Part shown: positions 1-10,232 of the stretch, piece after piece
How the letters are laid out: each line of letters opens with the position of its first letter
Position numbering within the stretch: the first letter of the stretch is position 1
Assembly (NCBI GenBank): GCA_963707985.1
Contig: CAVPRW010000020.1
Location: 32,001-96,000, forward strand
Reading direction: 5' to 3'
Source: an uncultured Nitrospinota bacterium
GTDB lineage: Bacteria > Tectomicrobia > Entotheonellia > J063 > CAVPRW01
Length of the DNA: 64,000 bases
Notes under the pieces: model-generated
Database searches by the model: none
The model's input: the letters and a program-made list of their open reading frames with translations, nothing else
What the model was told of the DNA's origin: nothing
Position numbers and translations under genes: made by a program

Positions 1-206
1 TGCAGGAGGCCATCAAGATGCTCAATGTCGGCCATCTGATGGTGCTCTGCCAATTCGGCAATCTCGATAAAGAGCGCACTCGCAAGAACACGGCGCTGTT
101 CGCCAAAGAAGTCGTGCCCCAACTGCGCGACATGTGGAGTGGTTGGGAAGACCATTGGTGGCCGAAGCCGTTGCCCGTGCGGGTGGCACCGCAACTACAA
201 GGTTAG
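1..206 (+). CDS. LLM-class flavin-dependent oxidoreductase, C-terminal fragment (gene starts before the window)
   Basis: GHLMVLCQFGNL...NTALFAKEVVPQLR resembles the luciferase-like monooxygenase C-terminus. Confidence 0.7.
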   Translation, partial: QEAIKMLNVGHLMVLCQFGNLDKERTRKNTALFAKEVVPQLRDMWSGWEDHWWPKPLPVRVAPQLQG

Positions 207-340
207 GGCAGATATCTCCGCCTCGACGCCCCCGGCAACACGTAACATTCCAGTGTCCCCCCGCGGTGAAAGGGGATGGGGAGGGGCGATGCAATTGAGG
301 CTAGGATGCGGATGAAGGGTCCTGATCGAAGGCCTCGGCT

Positions 341-371
341 CCCCCCGACCCTCTCTCGGTGGGAGAGGGGG
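341..371. repeat. REP-like intergenic hairpin (CCCTCTCtC-n-GGGAGAGGG)
   Basis: Lies between convergent genes; a related copy is at 43821-43854. Confidence 0.45.
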
Positions 372-398
372 CCAAGAGGGGTCCGAGTATTTATCTAT

Positions 399-2117
399 CT
401 AACTGCGCAGCTTGAACTTCTGGTACCAGGTTGAATCGGCACCAGGACCGACTGGCGATACGCGCACATCAAGGACATAGGGCTCACCGCCAGCAATGAC
501 TTCCGTGGCCCGTCGCAGGGCGCGCTCGAGATCTTGTGGTGCTGTCACCTTGGCACCGTTGATACCCTGAGATTTCGCCAGCATGACGAAGTCGATCTCA
601 GGATCCCCCAGATAGACCTCAGGGTATTTGTTCTGCTTGGCTAATTCACCACCCCAGCTGGCGAAATTGGTGCGCACGGTTTGATAATTGAGGTTATTCC
701 ACACCAAGGTGAGGATGGGCAGACCATAGCGTGCCATCGTCCAGAAGCCCGACGAGCCGTACATGACCGCCCCGTCGCCCAGGCTGCACACCACTGGCCG
801 GTCGGGAGCCCCCAGTTGCGCGCCAATCGATGCTCCGATGCCGTACCCTAATGAGCCCCCGAAGGTGCGGATTTGGCGCCATTGCCCTTTCTCAAACCCA
901 AAGGGCATGAGATGATCGGCAGCCCTGAAATTCTCCGACACCACGAGGGTGTCTTCCGGCAGCACCTGGCTGGCAACGTAAGCCAAATAATTGGGGTGAA
1001 TTGGGGTCTCGGTAGCCAGGCTGTTCATCTCCTCCCGACGTTGTCGGACTCGCCACTCGCCCTGTTCGTGCAGATGGGCGCCGCGGCGTTGGATGTGGGG
1101 CTGGCTCGCATGCTCCGGCTTCCAAAACGCATTAAGGGCTTGCAGTAGCGGGCGGACATTGCCCCAAATGCTGATATCCAGCCCGAAGGTGTTGCCTAGC
1201 ATGGTGTCATCATGTCCCATGCCGATGATCATGTCAGCTTTTCGGAAGCGCAAATCGACCTCACCCCCTCGGCAGCTCTGGCGGTAACCCACGCAGCACA
1301 CCACGTCATAGGGTTCATCAGAGATGTTTTCGACGGCGCCAACATAGTTGGCATGTTGCACCGGGAAACTGCCGTAGTCGAGCGTGGTGGTAGCGACTGG
1401 CAGCGACAGACGCTCGGAAAACTCCACGATCTCGCGCTCAGCATGCGCGGCGCGGATGTCCGGACCGACCACGAGGAGCGGATGTTCAGCGTTGAGCAGG
1501 GCATCGAAGATCGTGCGCAAGACTCCCTCATCCGGCAACCGCCCCATCAACGGTGCGGCTCCTGGGTGGATCGTCGCTTCTACATCCGGGGTATCCAGGG
1601 CCTGGCTGGAGAAGGCTATATAGACCGGTGCGGTGGGCAGCGACATGGCCTCCTGGAAGGCACGTCTGGTGACGGCGGGGACACCGCGGGGATCCAACAC
1701 TTCCCACCGTCGCTTGGTGATATCCTCCACAACCCCCATTTGCGAGTAGCCAGCGCTCGATCCCAACACGACGTGATCGCCGAAGGACCCCGAATCGCGC
1801 ATGGCCGCCGTGACTACCATCGGTGACCCGTCGAAATAGGCATTCTGAAGCTGCCCAGAGCCCTGCCTGGTGCCGGCGGCCAAATGAATGTTGACGAACG
1901 CTGCCTTGCCGCTAGCCTTGGCATATCCATCTGCCGCTGATAACACCAGGGGTTCCATCAAGAGCAGGATGGGTTGCACCCCGGGGACGGCTAGGAGGCC
2001 GTTGAAAAACCCCACCTCGGCACTTCCAGTGTTCGTGAAGGCATACTCGACGCCTTGCGCGAGCAGCTGATGCACGAGCAGCTCGCCACCTGTTCCGATC
2101 ACGGTTTTACGTTCCAT
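399..2117 (-). CDS. Thiamine pyrophosphate-dependent enzyme (benzoylformate decarboxylase/acetolactate synthase-like)
   Basis: N-terminal GVEYAFTNTGSAE and ADGYAKASGK; TPP motif GDGAVMY...WNN; 572 aa. Confidence 0.9.
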   Translation of the reverse strand: MERKTVIGTGGELLVHQLLAQGVEYAFTNTGSAEVGFFNGLLAVPGVQPILLLMEPLVLSAADGYAKASGKAAFVNIHLAAGTRQGSGQLQNAYFDGSPMVVTAAMRDSGSFGDHVVLGSSAGYSQMGVVEDITKRRWEVLDPRGVPAVTRRAFQEAMSLPTAPVYIAFSSQALDTPDVEATIHPGAAPLMGRLPDEGVLRTIFDALLNAEHPLLVVGPDIRAAHAEREIVEFSERLSLPVATTTLDYGSFPVQHANYVGAVENISDEPYDVVCCVGYRQSCRGGEVDLRFRKADMIIGMGHDDTMLGNTFGLDISIWGNVRPLLQALNAFWKPEHASQPHIQRRGAHLHEQGEWRVRQRREEMNSLATETPIHPNYLAYVASQVLPEDTLVVSENFRAADHLMPFGFEKGQWRQIRTFGGSLGYGIGASIGAQLGAPDRPVVCSLGDGAVMYGSSGFWTMARYGLPILTLVWNNLNYQTVRTNFASWGGELAKQNKYPEVYLGDPEIDFVMLAKSQGINGAKVTAPQDLERALRRATEVIAGGEPYVLDVRVSPVGPGADSTWYQKFKLRS

Positions 2118-2267
2118 AACGTTATCCTCTTTAGCCCTATGGGATGTTGTCGGAAGCTTGTAGTCCTCATACAGGGCCCTTATACTCTATCCCTGACTCT
2201 CGGTCAATGGTCGGCACGGGGGCGTGAAGAGGAAATTGGGGTGGAAGAGGCGATGTGGGGCAGCTGC

Positions 2268-5027
2268 TTAAATATGCTCACCCCAACGTGGGTCGCCGAA
2301 AAAGGTAGTCAGACGGTCTAGCTCGGCAGTGAGCTGTTGCAGGGTGCTAGGGGCCTTCTCGAGACAGGCCGTGTGGCCCATCATTTCGAGGTCGTACGCG
2401 AGAGCCCGAGCATTGCCGGCCGCGATAGTGCCCAGAGATCCCTTGAGACTGTGGGCTGTACGCTCCAGTTGGCACGCATCACCACAGTCGATCGCTTTGC
2501 GGATCTCGGTTATCTGGACAGGGTAGTCTTCGAGAAAAATCTGACTTAACTCCATCATGAGGTCCCTATCCCCGTCCACAATGGCCATGAACGTGGCCGG
2601 ATCGATCGGTAGCACAGCCGCAGCCATCTGTCCTGGTTGGATACCGAACCGTGCGGTAAAGTGGAAAGTGCTACCCTGGCCCACCTCACTGTCGATCCAG
2701 AGGCGACCATCCATCAGTTCAATCAATCGCTTGGCAATCGTCAGGCCGAGCCCGGTGCCTCCATATTTGCGAGTGGAGGAGCCGTCAACTTGCGTGAATG
2801 GCTCCAGAATGAAGTGCTGACGTTCGGCAGGAATACCGATACCGGTATCGACGACGGCCACATGCAACCAGAGTTCCTGATCAGCCTGACGTTCGGTCTC
2901 GACTCGCACCACCACCTTGCCTCGTTCGGTGAACTTGATGGCGTTGCCCACCAGGTTGACAAAAATCTGCCGCAGCCGTCCAGGATCGCCTATCAACCCA
3001 TCAGGAATCTCCGGCGACACCTGGTGTGCTAGTTCGAGACTCTTGTGGTGGGCCTGAAGGTCCATCGTCTTCAGCGTGGTGTGCAGGAAATCTCGCAGAT
3101 GAAAAGAGATGGGGTTAAGGCTAAGCCTACCAGCTTCGATCGTCGAAAAATCCAGGATATCATTGACAATGCCGAGCAGCCAATCGGCGGAGCCCTTGAC
3201 GGTGGTCAAATACTCCCGCTGCTCAGAGGTCAGGGTGGTGGCAAGCGTTAGTTCTGTCATGCCAAGAATGCCATTCAGCGGCGTGCGAATCTCGTGGCTC
3301 ATATTCGCCAGAAATTCGCTTTTCGCCCGCGTGGCCGTTTCTGCGGCATTGCGCGCCGCGCGCTGCGCGGCATATGACGAGGCATTGTGGATGGCGACAG
3401 CAGCCTGGCTGACGAAGCTGTCTAGGAGAGTGTGTTCATCGGGATCGAGGTGAAAGGGTCTACGTCCGCATAGTACCAGAACGCCAAGCAGGGCGCCCTG
3501 GTAGATAATAGGGTGCGCGAGAAGGCTGCTAACGCAATGGGTTCTCCACCATTCTGCGCTAAGTATCCGCTCATCGGTGAATACATCACCGATGTCTAGC
3601 GGTTGTCGTTGGGCCGCCACCCAGCCGGCGACACCCTTGCCGAAAGGTCGCTCCTGGAGTAAAAAGCTATTTGCCAGTTGAGCTTCCGAGGAAGCTCGCA
3701 AGGTCAGGATCTGCCTTTCTTCATCCGCACCCCAAATGCGCACGAATGGCACATCCATAAGCTCGGCGGCTGCCTGGGCGATTTCCCGCAGCACGGCATT
3801 CATGTCGAGCGAGGAAGAGATGAGTTGGTTTAAACGCGTGAGCGTATATAGACGCCTGGTGCGTACCTCCTGACTCTCATACAGCTGCGCATTTTGAATG
3901 GCCACAGCCGCATGGGCGGCCAACCGCAGCAGGATGCCCTCGTCGTTATCGGTGAACGGGCGAGGGCACGCATTGGTGACGATCAACAATCCTGCGACCT
4001 CGTTACCGATGAGAATGGGCACCACCATTGAGGCGATTGTTCCATTGGCGCGAGCCCAAGAGGCATAATCCTTTGTGAAGCGCGGATCTGACAGATAGTT
4101 ATCCGTGCGAAAGGGGCGTTTGGTGAGCAGTACCTGACCACCGATCCCCTTCCCCGGCTCGATGGTGGCGTCACCATAGCCTTCATATTTGGCTCCCGCC
4201 CAGTATCGGAAGCGCATGGCGTTTGATTCGGGAGTCCGTAATGTAATGCGGGCGTGATCGCCCCGACAGAGCTCTTTGGCCCCTTCAACCACACGTTGGA
4301 GGACAGTGTCAAGATCCAGCGAAGTGTTGAGGTCTTTGGCCAGCTCGGAGATAATTTCCGCTTCGCGCTGCCGATGCGTGGTTTCCTCGGCCAAAGTCTC
4401 TGCGGTGCGGCGGCGCTCCTGGCTCTCGCTAAAGAGCTGGGCGTTCGCGATGGCGATAGCTGCCTGATCGGCGAATAGCCTGAGGAGATCGCGGTCTTGG
4501 TCGGTAAAAGGGCGTTCGGTTTCAGGGTTGTGGAGCGTGATGACCCCCAGGAGCTGTCCGTGGTCGAGCAAGGGCTCGGCGACGATGGCGGTAATCTTTG
4601 TGCGCTCGACAAATAGCGGATTCGCCCCGTCCCAATGACGATAGTCATTGACCAGCATCCCCGCCTGATGCTGGGCCACGGCACCCGTGATCCCCTCGCC
4701 AAGTGGGATACGCGCTTCTCCTACCCAATCTTCGAGGCCATCCCATGTGTGTGGGATGAGCACTCGCTCGTTGGCGTCCCACAGGTGGGTCAGGCACGAG
4801 GTAGCACCCACTAATTCTCTCGCGCGTTGGGTGATCAGTCGCAAAAGTGCCGGAAGGTCAAGCTCGCGGGTGATCTCATGGGTGATGGCCCTAAGAGCCT
4901 CAAGCTGTCTGGTACGCTGGGCCAAAGCGGCGTCGGTCCAATCGCGTTCCTTCGGCATCGACGCCGGCACAGTGAAATCTGTGAGACGAGCGAAAATCCC
5001 CCATAGCCATCGCGGTATCATGTCCAT
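2268..5027 (-). CDS. Sensor histidine kinase, 3xGAF-HisKA-HATPase-HPt
   Basis: Three GAF repeats ending in AAIAI/AAVAI; H-box [16 protein letters not shown] box [11 protein letters not shown] boxes DTGIGI and GTGLGL; HPt AHSLKGS. Confidence 0.92.
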   Translation of the reverse strand: MDMIPRWLWGIFARLTDFTVPASMPKERDWTDAALAQRTRQLEALRAITHEITRELDLPALLRLITQRARELVGATSCLTHLWDANERVLIPHTWDGLEDWVGEARIPLGEGITGAVAQHQAGMLVNDYRHWDGANPLFVERTKITAIVAEPLLDHGQLLGVITLHNPETERPFTDQDRDLLRLFADQAAIAIANAQLFSESQERRRTAETLAEETTHRQREAEIISELAKDLNTSLDLDTVLQRVVEGAKELCRGDHARITLRTPESNAMRFRYWAGAKYEGYGDATIEPGKGIGGQVLLTKRPFRTDNYLSDPRFTKDYASWARANGTIASMVVPILIGNEVAGLLIVTNACPRPFTDNDEGILLRLAAHAAVAIQNAQLYESQEVRTRRLYTLTRLNQLISSSLDMNAVLREIAQAAAELMDVPFVRIWGADEERQILTLRASSEAQLANSFLLQERPFGKGVAGWVAAQRQPLDIGDVFTDERILSAEWWRTHCVSSLLAHPIIYQGALLGVLVLCGRRPFHLDPDEHTLLDSFVSQAAVAIHNASSYAAQRAARNAAETATRAKSEFLANMSHEIRTPLNGILGMTELTLATTLTSEQREYLTTVKGSADWLLGIVNDILDFSTIEAGRLSLNPISFHLRDFLHTTLKTMDLQAHHKSLELAHQVSPEIPDGLIGDPGRLRQIFVNLVGNAIKFTERGKVVVRVETERQADQELWLHVAVVDTGIGIPAERQHFILEPFTQVDGSSTRKYGGTGLGLTIAKRLIELMDGRLWIDSEVGQGSTFHFTARFGIQPGQMAAAVLPIDPATFMAIVDGDRDLMMELSQIFLEDYPVQITEIRKAIDCGDACQLERTAHSLKGSLGTIAAGNARALAYDLEMMGHTACLEKAPSTLQQLTAELDRLTTFFGDPRWGEHI

Positions 5028-5087
5028 CTCCTTCCTGTGGCGGTGAGCACAGCCAGATGGCGGGCACGGAACACAGGCTTCCCGGCA

Positions 5088-5303
5088 TCACTTCGAGCCA
5101 CGGCACAGCGGCAAGCGTGGGGTAATGTCGGCCGCATCTGTCCCTTCGCATCCTCGGCAGAACAGTCGGCCCTCGAAGTCTTCCGAGAAATAACGACCAC
5201 AACGGCAAGGCGCAGGGCCACGGAAATGGCAGACAATCTCGGAGATCAGATGCGCGCCATCGCTCGCTTTAAATAAAGACGTGTCAAGCTGGACGCTATT
5301 CAT
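5088..5303 (-). CDS. Small Cys-rich hypothetical protein (possible Zn ribbon)
   Basis: Strong RBS GAGGAGGAG before ATG at 5303; CRCG...CRGC motif; directly upstream of the kinase gene. Confidence 0.5.
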   Translation of the reverse strand: MNSVQLDTSLFKASDGAHLISEIVCHFRGPAPCRCGRYFSEDFEGRLFCRGCEGTDAADITPRLPLCRGSK

Positions 5304-5683
5304 AAACTCCTCCTCGGCATTCGAGAGTTTTGAGATCGACAGGCGACTTGGCGTAGAGCTGGGCAAGAAATATGCCGCCCACCCACAGCGCTAGGAATCT
5401 GCAGTATCCCCTTGCACAGACAATGTCAGGATGTTGGCAGAGCCACCTCTCAAGGCAAGCGAGGCGGCCTCACGACAAGTCTCCTCCAGCGCCATCGGCA
5501 GGGCGGGAGTCTGTTGCTGAAGCGGGGAATGAATAGGAAAAAATGCGCGGGGTAGGCAGCTTATGACGGTTTGCAGCCGACCAGTAAATTCCCCTTTGCC
5601 AACGGGGCATGGTCAAGTAGAATAGATGGGGATTGTGGCGAGGTGTAGCTCGGTGGCCTTAAAGCGCGAAGCCTGAGGAGGCG

Positions 5684-7297
5684 ATGGTCATGTGGGAGCA
5701 TGTCTGGCACGAGGCCCTGAATCCGCTGGCGTTCCTCGAACGTAGCGCCCTGGTCTATCCCGATAAAGCGGCCGTGGTATACAAGGACCGACGTTACACC
5801 TATAGCGAGCTCTACGCTCGGGTGAATCGGCTGGCGGGTGCCTTGAAACGTGCGGGCGTGCGTAAGGGCGACCGTGTGGCCTTCCTGGTGCCGAACGTGC
5901 CGGCGATGCTAGAGGGACATTACGGCCCTCTACGTCTGGGGGCTATCCTGGTTGCCATCAATATCCGTTTGTCACCGCGGGAGGTGGCCTATATTCTGAA
6001 CCACTCCGGCGCCAAAGTGCTGGTCTTCGATACCGAATTGGCGTCGACCGTGCGGGCTATTCGGGACGAGATCCCTGGGGATAGCACCTTCGTTCAAGTC
6101 GTGGATGCGGCGCCAAAAGCGGCTGACATTCCTGGACCAGACTACGAATCATTCCTAACTACTGCCCCCACTGGTGATCATCGTACCGAGTTGGACTCCG
6201 AAAAGGACACCATCTGCATCAACTACACCTCCGGGACCACTGGCATGCCGAAGGGGGTCCAATACCATGCCCGCGGGGCGTACCTCAACGCACTGGGAGA
6301 GGCCCTAGAAGTCGGCCTGAACTATCGAAGCCGCTACCTCTGGACCCTGCCCATGTTCCACTGCAATGGCTGGTGTTTCACCTGGGGTGTCACCGCGGTT
6401 GGTGGCACACATATTTGCCTGAGGCGAGCCGATCCGCCAGAGGTCTTCCGCCTGATCCGCGAGGCAGGCGTTACCCACTTGTGTGGTGCGCCCACCGTCT
6501 TGGTGAGTATGTCCGCCTCACCGGCCGCCGCGGGGCAGAATCTCGGCGGCGTCACGATCGTCACGGCTGGGGCACCGCCGGCGCCCCAGGTGATTCGTAC
6601 CATGGAGGGCTTGGGAGCCACGATCCATCATGTCTATGGTCTAACCGAAACGTACGGCCCCCATACGATCTGTGCCTTCCAGCCCGGGTGGGATGATCTG
6701 TCGCGCGAGGAACGCGCCATAGTCAAGGCACGCCAGGGTGTGCCCTACATCGTTGCCGGCATGGGGATGCGCGTTGTGGATAAGCACATGCACGATGTAC
6801 CACGCGATGGGCAGACGATGGGCGAAGTCGTGATGCGCGGCAACAACGTCATGTCGGGGTACTTCCAGCAACCTGACGCCACCGAAACGGCCTTCGAGGG
6901 GGGCTGGTTCCACTCCGGCGACCTCGCCATATGGCATCCTGACAACTATATTGAACTGAAGGATCGCGCCAAAGATATCATCATTTCCGGTGGTGAGAAT
7001 ATCTCGACACAAGAAGTCGAAAAGGCCATCATGGAACACCCTGCCGTGCTCGAGGTCTGTGTCATCGGGGTGCCGGACCTGCGCTGGGGGGAGGTCCCTA
7101 AGGCGTTCGTCATGAAGCGTCCTGAGGCCGAGGTCTCGGCTGAGGAGATCATCCAATTTTGCCGCGAGCGCATCGCTCACTTCAAATGCCCGCGTGAGGT
7201 CACCTTCGCTGATCTCCCCAAGACCGCCACCGGCAAGATCCAGAAGTACGTGCTGAGAGAGCAAGAGTGGAAGGGCTACGAGAAACGAATCAATTGA
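5684..7297 (+). CDS. AMP-binding acyl-CoA synthetase (fatty-acyl-CoA ligase family)
   Basis: YTSGTTGMPKG, YGLTE, GWFHSGD and LPKTATGKIQK motifs; RBS GAGGAGG. Confidence 0.93.
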   Translation: MVMWEHVWHEALNPLAFLERSALVYPDKAAVVYKDRRYTYSELYARVNRLAGALKRAGVRKGDRVAFLVPNVPAMLEGHYGPLRLGAILVAINIRLSPREVAYILNHSGAKVLVFDTELASTVRAIRDEIPGDSTFVQVVDAAPKAADIPGPDYESFLTTAPTGDHRTELDSEKDTICINYTSGTTGMPKGVQYHARGAYLNALGEALEVGLNYRSRYLWTLPMFHCNGWCFTWGVTAVGGTHICLRRADPPEVFRLIREAGVTHLCGAPTVLVSMSASPAAAGQNLGGVTIVTAGAPPAPQVIRTMEGLGATIHHVYGLTETYGPHTICAFQPGWDDLSREERAIVKARQGVPYIVAGMGMRVVDKHMHDVPRDGQTMGEVVMRGNNVMSGYFQQPDATETAFEGGWFHSGDLAIWHPDNYIELKDRAKDIIISGGENISTQEVEKAIMEHPAVLEVCVIGVPDLRWGEVPKAFVMKRPEAEVSAEEIIQFCRERIAHFKCPREVTFADLPKTATGKIQKYVLREQEWKGYEKRIN

Positions 7298-7329
7298 GAC
7301 GATAAGACCCCAATCGTGCAAGAGGTGCT

Positions 7330-7677
7330 ATGTCCTCGCTCATAGATGGCACATTTATCAAACGCCGCTGTTACTTGAAGCTCGGCGCTGGGACGGTGTT
7401 GAGTTGCATTAGGCTCCGTGCCGACTGCTTCTTCCGACATTGGCCACTCAAAGCTACAGGAATCGATGATGAGGGGTATGTTCACGCCATTGCTATGGCT
7501 TCCTATCCGGACAGACAGCGGGTCACGGAGGTCGAACTGCGCATTGATCCCCTCACCAGCGACCTCATCGAGTACCGCTACACTGAACAGGGAAGTTCGC
7601 AGGTGTTCACCCTCATCGACGGCGAATACGTTGAGGAAGCATCAGAGGATCATGAGGGACGAGAGACCACGGATTAG
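7330..7677 (+). CDS. Hypothetical protein
   Basis: RBS AGAGG plus ATG; 115 aa, co-oriented with the ligase. Confidence 0.55.
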   Translation: MSSLIDGTFIKRRCYLKLGAGTVLSCIRLRADCFFRHWPLKATGIDDEGYVHAIAMASYPDRQRVTEVELRIDPLTSDLIEYRYTEQGSSQVFTLIDGEYVEEASEDHEGRETTD

Positions 7678-7739
7678 CCGTCCCTCGTGTGGAGACCACG
7701 CTCCCTTAACGGACACCGCCAATGTAGGGGTTGGGTGGG

Positions 7740-8243
7740 TTATTCTCGTCCGTTGAGATATCGCCACAACACATACATCCCATCTGGTGTATAGGGCTCC
7801 GTGTCGGCCCGGCGCAGAATGTCGGACACTGACACGAACGCCCCACTCTCGACCTCCTCCTCTTGTAGGATTATCATCCCGTCATACGTGCAGGAGAAGG
7901 CACAGCCCCAGAGCTGCGTGTGTTCGTCTACAAAATGAAACACAAAGAGCCGGTTCAGCGGAATGTTGCGAATGCCCATCTCCTCTTCGAGTTCGCGTTC
8001 GGCTCCCTGCTCATAGGTTTCTCCTACCAATACTACCCCGCCAGCCGCGACATCGAAATAGCCAGGGAACACATCCTTGGTCAGCGTGCGCTTTTGGACG
8101 TAGAGGTCGCCTTGGGAATTGAACACCAGCACATATGTACTTCGATGCGGTAACCGTGAGGCCCGCATCTCGCGCCGAGGTGCGGCACCCACAACCTGAT
8201 TGTGCGCATCGACGATAACGACGATTTCATCTGCCGCTCCCAT
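7740..8243 (-). CDS. NUDIX hydrolase (YfcD/IPP-isomerase-like)
   Basis: Nudix box GGVVLVGETYEQGAERELEEEMG; HRSTYVLVFN. Confidence 0.88.
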   Translation of the reverse strand: MGAADEIVVIVDAHNQVVGAAPRREMRASRLPHRSTYVLVFNSQGDLYVQKRTLTKDVFPGYFDVAAGGVVLVGETYEQGAERELEEEMGIRNIPLNRLFVFHFVDEHTQLWGCAFSCTYDGMIILQEEEVESGAFVSVSDILRRADTEPYTPDGMYVLWRYLNGRE

Positions 8244-8601
8244 TACACTCTCCCGTAGGAAACAAGGTATCTGGCACAGAGACTCAGGGCATTTACGGTA
8301 CGACCATTCGATGTGGAGCTAAGACCACTCCCCCTCCTTGCCCAAGGCTAATAGTATACCTCAGACCGGTGTGGAGCAGGACAGTCGCCAGTGGTGCTCG
8401 GATAATCTTGTGGCCGGTTAGGAGGAACCGCTGAGTTTGTGCAGCTCCGCTGTTCAGCGCTGCACGAGATCCTGAGTGCGTACATCGGTCGCAGTTGGGG
8501 TGGCGGAATCGTCGACGCATGCAGTTGATGCCCCGGTGAGAGTGTGCTAGGTTCGCGGGATGCGATCTCTTCCCTAGAGACTTCTGTCATAAGGAGATGA
8601 T

Positions 8602-9336
8602 ATGCTGAGCGTGCACGCCATGCGGGCGGTCGGCTTTTGGTGTCTGGTGGTTTCTACCATCGTGGGATCTCTAGCGGCATCAGTATGGGCAGCCGAACCG
8701 GTCAAAGTAGGGTTGGTCGCCGCATTGTCTGGGCAATCGGCAAAGTCCGGCGAAGGCATCACCCGCGGTTTAAGCATCGCCATCGACGAGATTAACGCCC
8801 CTGGCGGGTTACTCGGCGGACGACAACTCACGCTCATTCGACGCGATGACGAATCGAATCCCTCGAAGGGGCAAATCGCCGCCCGCGAGCTGATCTTCAA
8901 GGAAGGGGTCACGGTACTGTTCGGGGGCATCGATTCCCCCGTCTCCTTAGCGATCGTTCCTCTTGTCAACAAAGAGAAAATCCCCTTTATGGGGGTGTGG
9001 GCAGCGGCTACACCAATTACCCACAATGGGGCCGACCCGAACTTCGTGTTTCGTGTCTCGGCCGTCGACGAACTGGTGGACAAGGCACTCGTACAGTATG
9101 CAGTGAAAAAGTACGGGGCTGAGCGCCCAGGCATGATGTTGATCAATAATCCCTGGGGAGAATCCAACGAGAAGGGTCTGACTGCGGCCATCGCTGCAGC
9201 ACAGATCGACACCTATGACGGGTTGATTAAGACCTACGTGAAGCCGTTCTCCCCAAACAATCATGATGCACTGGACGAAAACGACTACGTCATGGTGCAT
9301 TACGTTGGCGAACAGATTGAGCCCCTGGCCAAATAG
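8602..9336 (+). pseudogene. Branched-chain amino acid-type ABC substrate-binding protein with internal in-frame deletion
   Basis: Signal peptide and LivK-like N-terminus (VKVGLVAALSG, RDDESNP); only 244 aa, jumping from EKGLTAA straight to the C-terminal IDTYDGLIKTY. Confidence 0.7.
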
Positions 9337-9359
9337 CCCGGGCGAGAGGCTAGGCGCAA

Positions 9360-10232
9360 ATGCTGGCAGTCATGGCAATTATTTCCGGATTCAGCCTGGG
9401 AAGCATGTATGGCCTGTTAGCACTGGGATTTTCCCTAACGTATACGGTGTCAAACACGGTGAACTTCGCCCAGGGGACCTCGATGATGCTGGGCGCCGTT
9501 CTGTGTTATACCTTTGCTGTCAGCCTGAAGTGGAACGTCCCGACTAGCATTGGCTTGACAATACTCCTCTGCGCCCTGTGGGGTTTGCTGGTGGAACGCG
9601 TCACCGTGCGTCCGTTTGTGAGCCGCGGATCATCGGCTTGGCTTATGGCCACACTAGCCCTGGGCATTGTGCTGGAGAACGCTGTCCTTTTCACTTTTGG
9701 CAAGGAACCGCGTAGTCTGCACTCATCGCTGGCGGTGCACCCGGTGTCCATCGCTGGTCTGCGAGTGTACCCATTAGAGATCTTGATCCCCGTGGTCGGG
9801 CTACTGGTGGCACTGGCCTTACATCTGGTGTTTCGCGGCACTCTCTGCGGCAAAGCCTGGCTCGCGGTCGTACAGAATCCGGATGCCGCCCGATTGATGG
9901 GGATCAATGTCACGGGCACGATCGCCGCCGCTTATGCGGTGTCGACCGTGTTCGCCGGTGGGGCCGGGATGTTGATGGCCCCCTTGTTCAACGTGTCCTC
10001 AGACATGGGGACCTTGTTCGGCATCAAAGCGTTTGCTGTTGCCATCCTCGGCGGCATCGCTAGTGGCTGGGGCGTGATGCTTGCGGGCTGCGCCTATGGC
10101 GTGATCGAAGCCCTCGTCACTGCCCTGTTCGGCTCGCTTTACACCCACGTTGTGACATTCACCCTGGTGATCATCGCCCTGACCTGCATGCCGCATGGGC
10201 TGTTTGGCCGTGCGGCGGTGAAAAAAGTATGA
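9360..10232 (+). CDS. Branched-chain amino acid ABC permease (LivH-like)
   Basis: GSMYGLLALGFSL, VNFAQG, AVVQNPDAARLMGIN, KAFAVAILGG. Confidence 0.9.
   Translation: MLAVMAIISGFSLGSMYGLLALGFSLTYTVSNTVNFAQGTSMMLGAVLCYTFAVSLKWNVPTSIGLTILLCALWGLLVERVTVRPFVSRGSSAWLMATLALGIVLENAVLFTFGKEPRSLHSSLAVHPVSIAGLRVYPLEILIPVVGLLVALALHLVFRGTLCGKAWLAVVQNPDAARLMGINVTGTIAAAYAVSTVFAGGAGMLMAPLFNVSSDMGTLFGIKAFAVAILGGIASGWGVMLAGCAYGVIEALVTALFGSLYTHVVTFTLVIIALTCMPHGLFGRAAVKKV

Noticed and set aside
8340..8590. Riboswitch upstream of the ABC operon
   Set aside because: Long leader, but I recognise no aptamer consensus or terminator; an Rfam scan would be needed.
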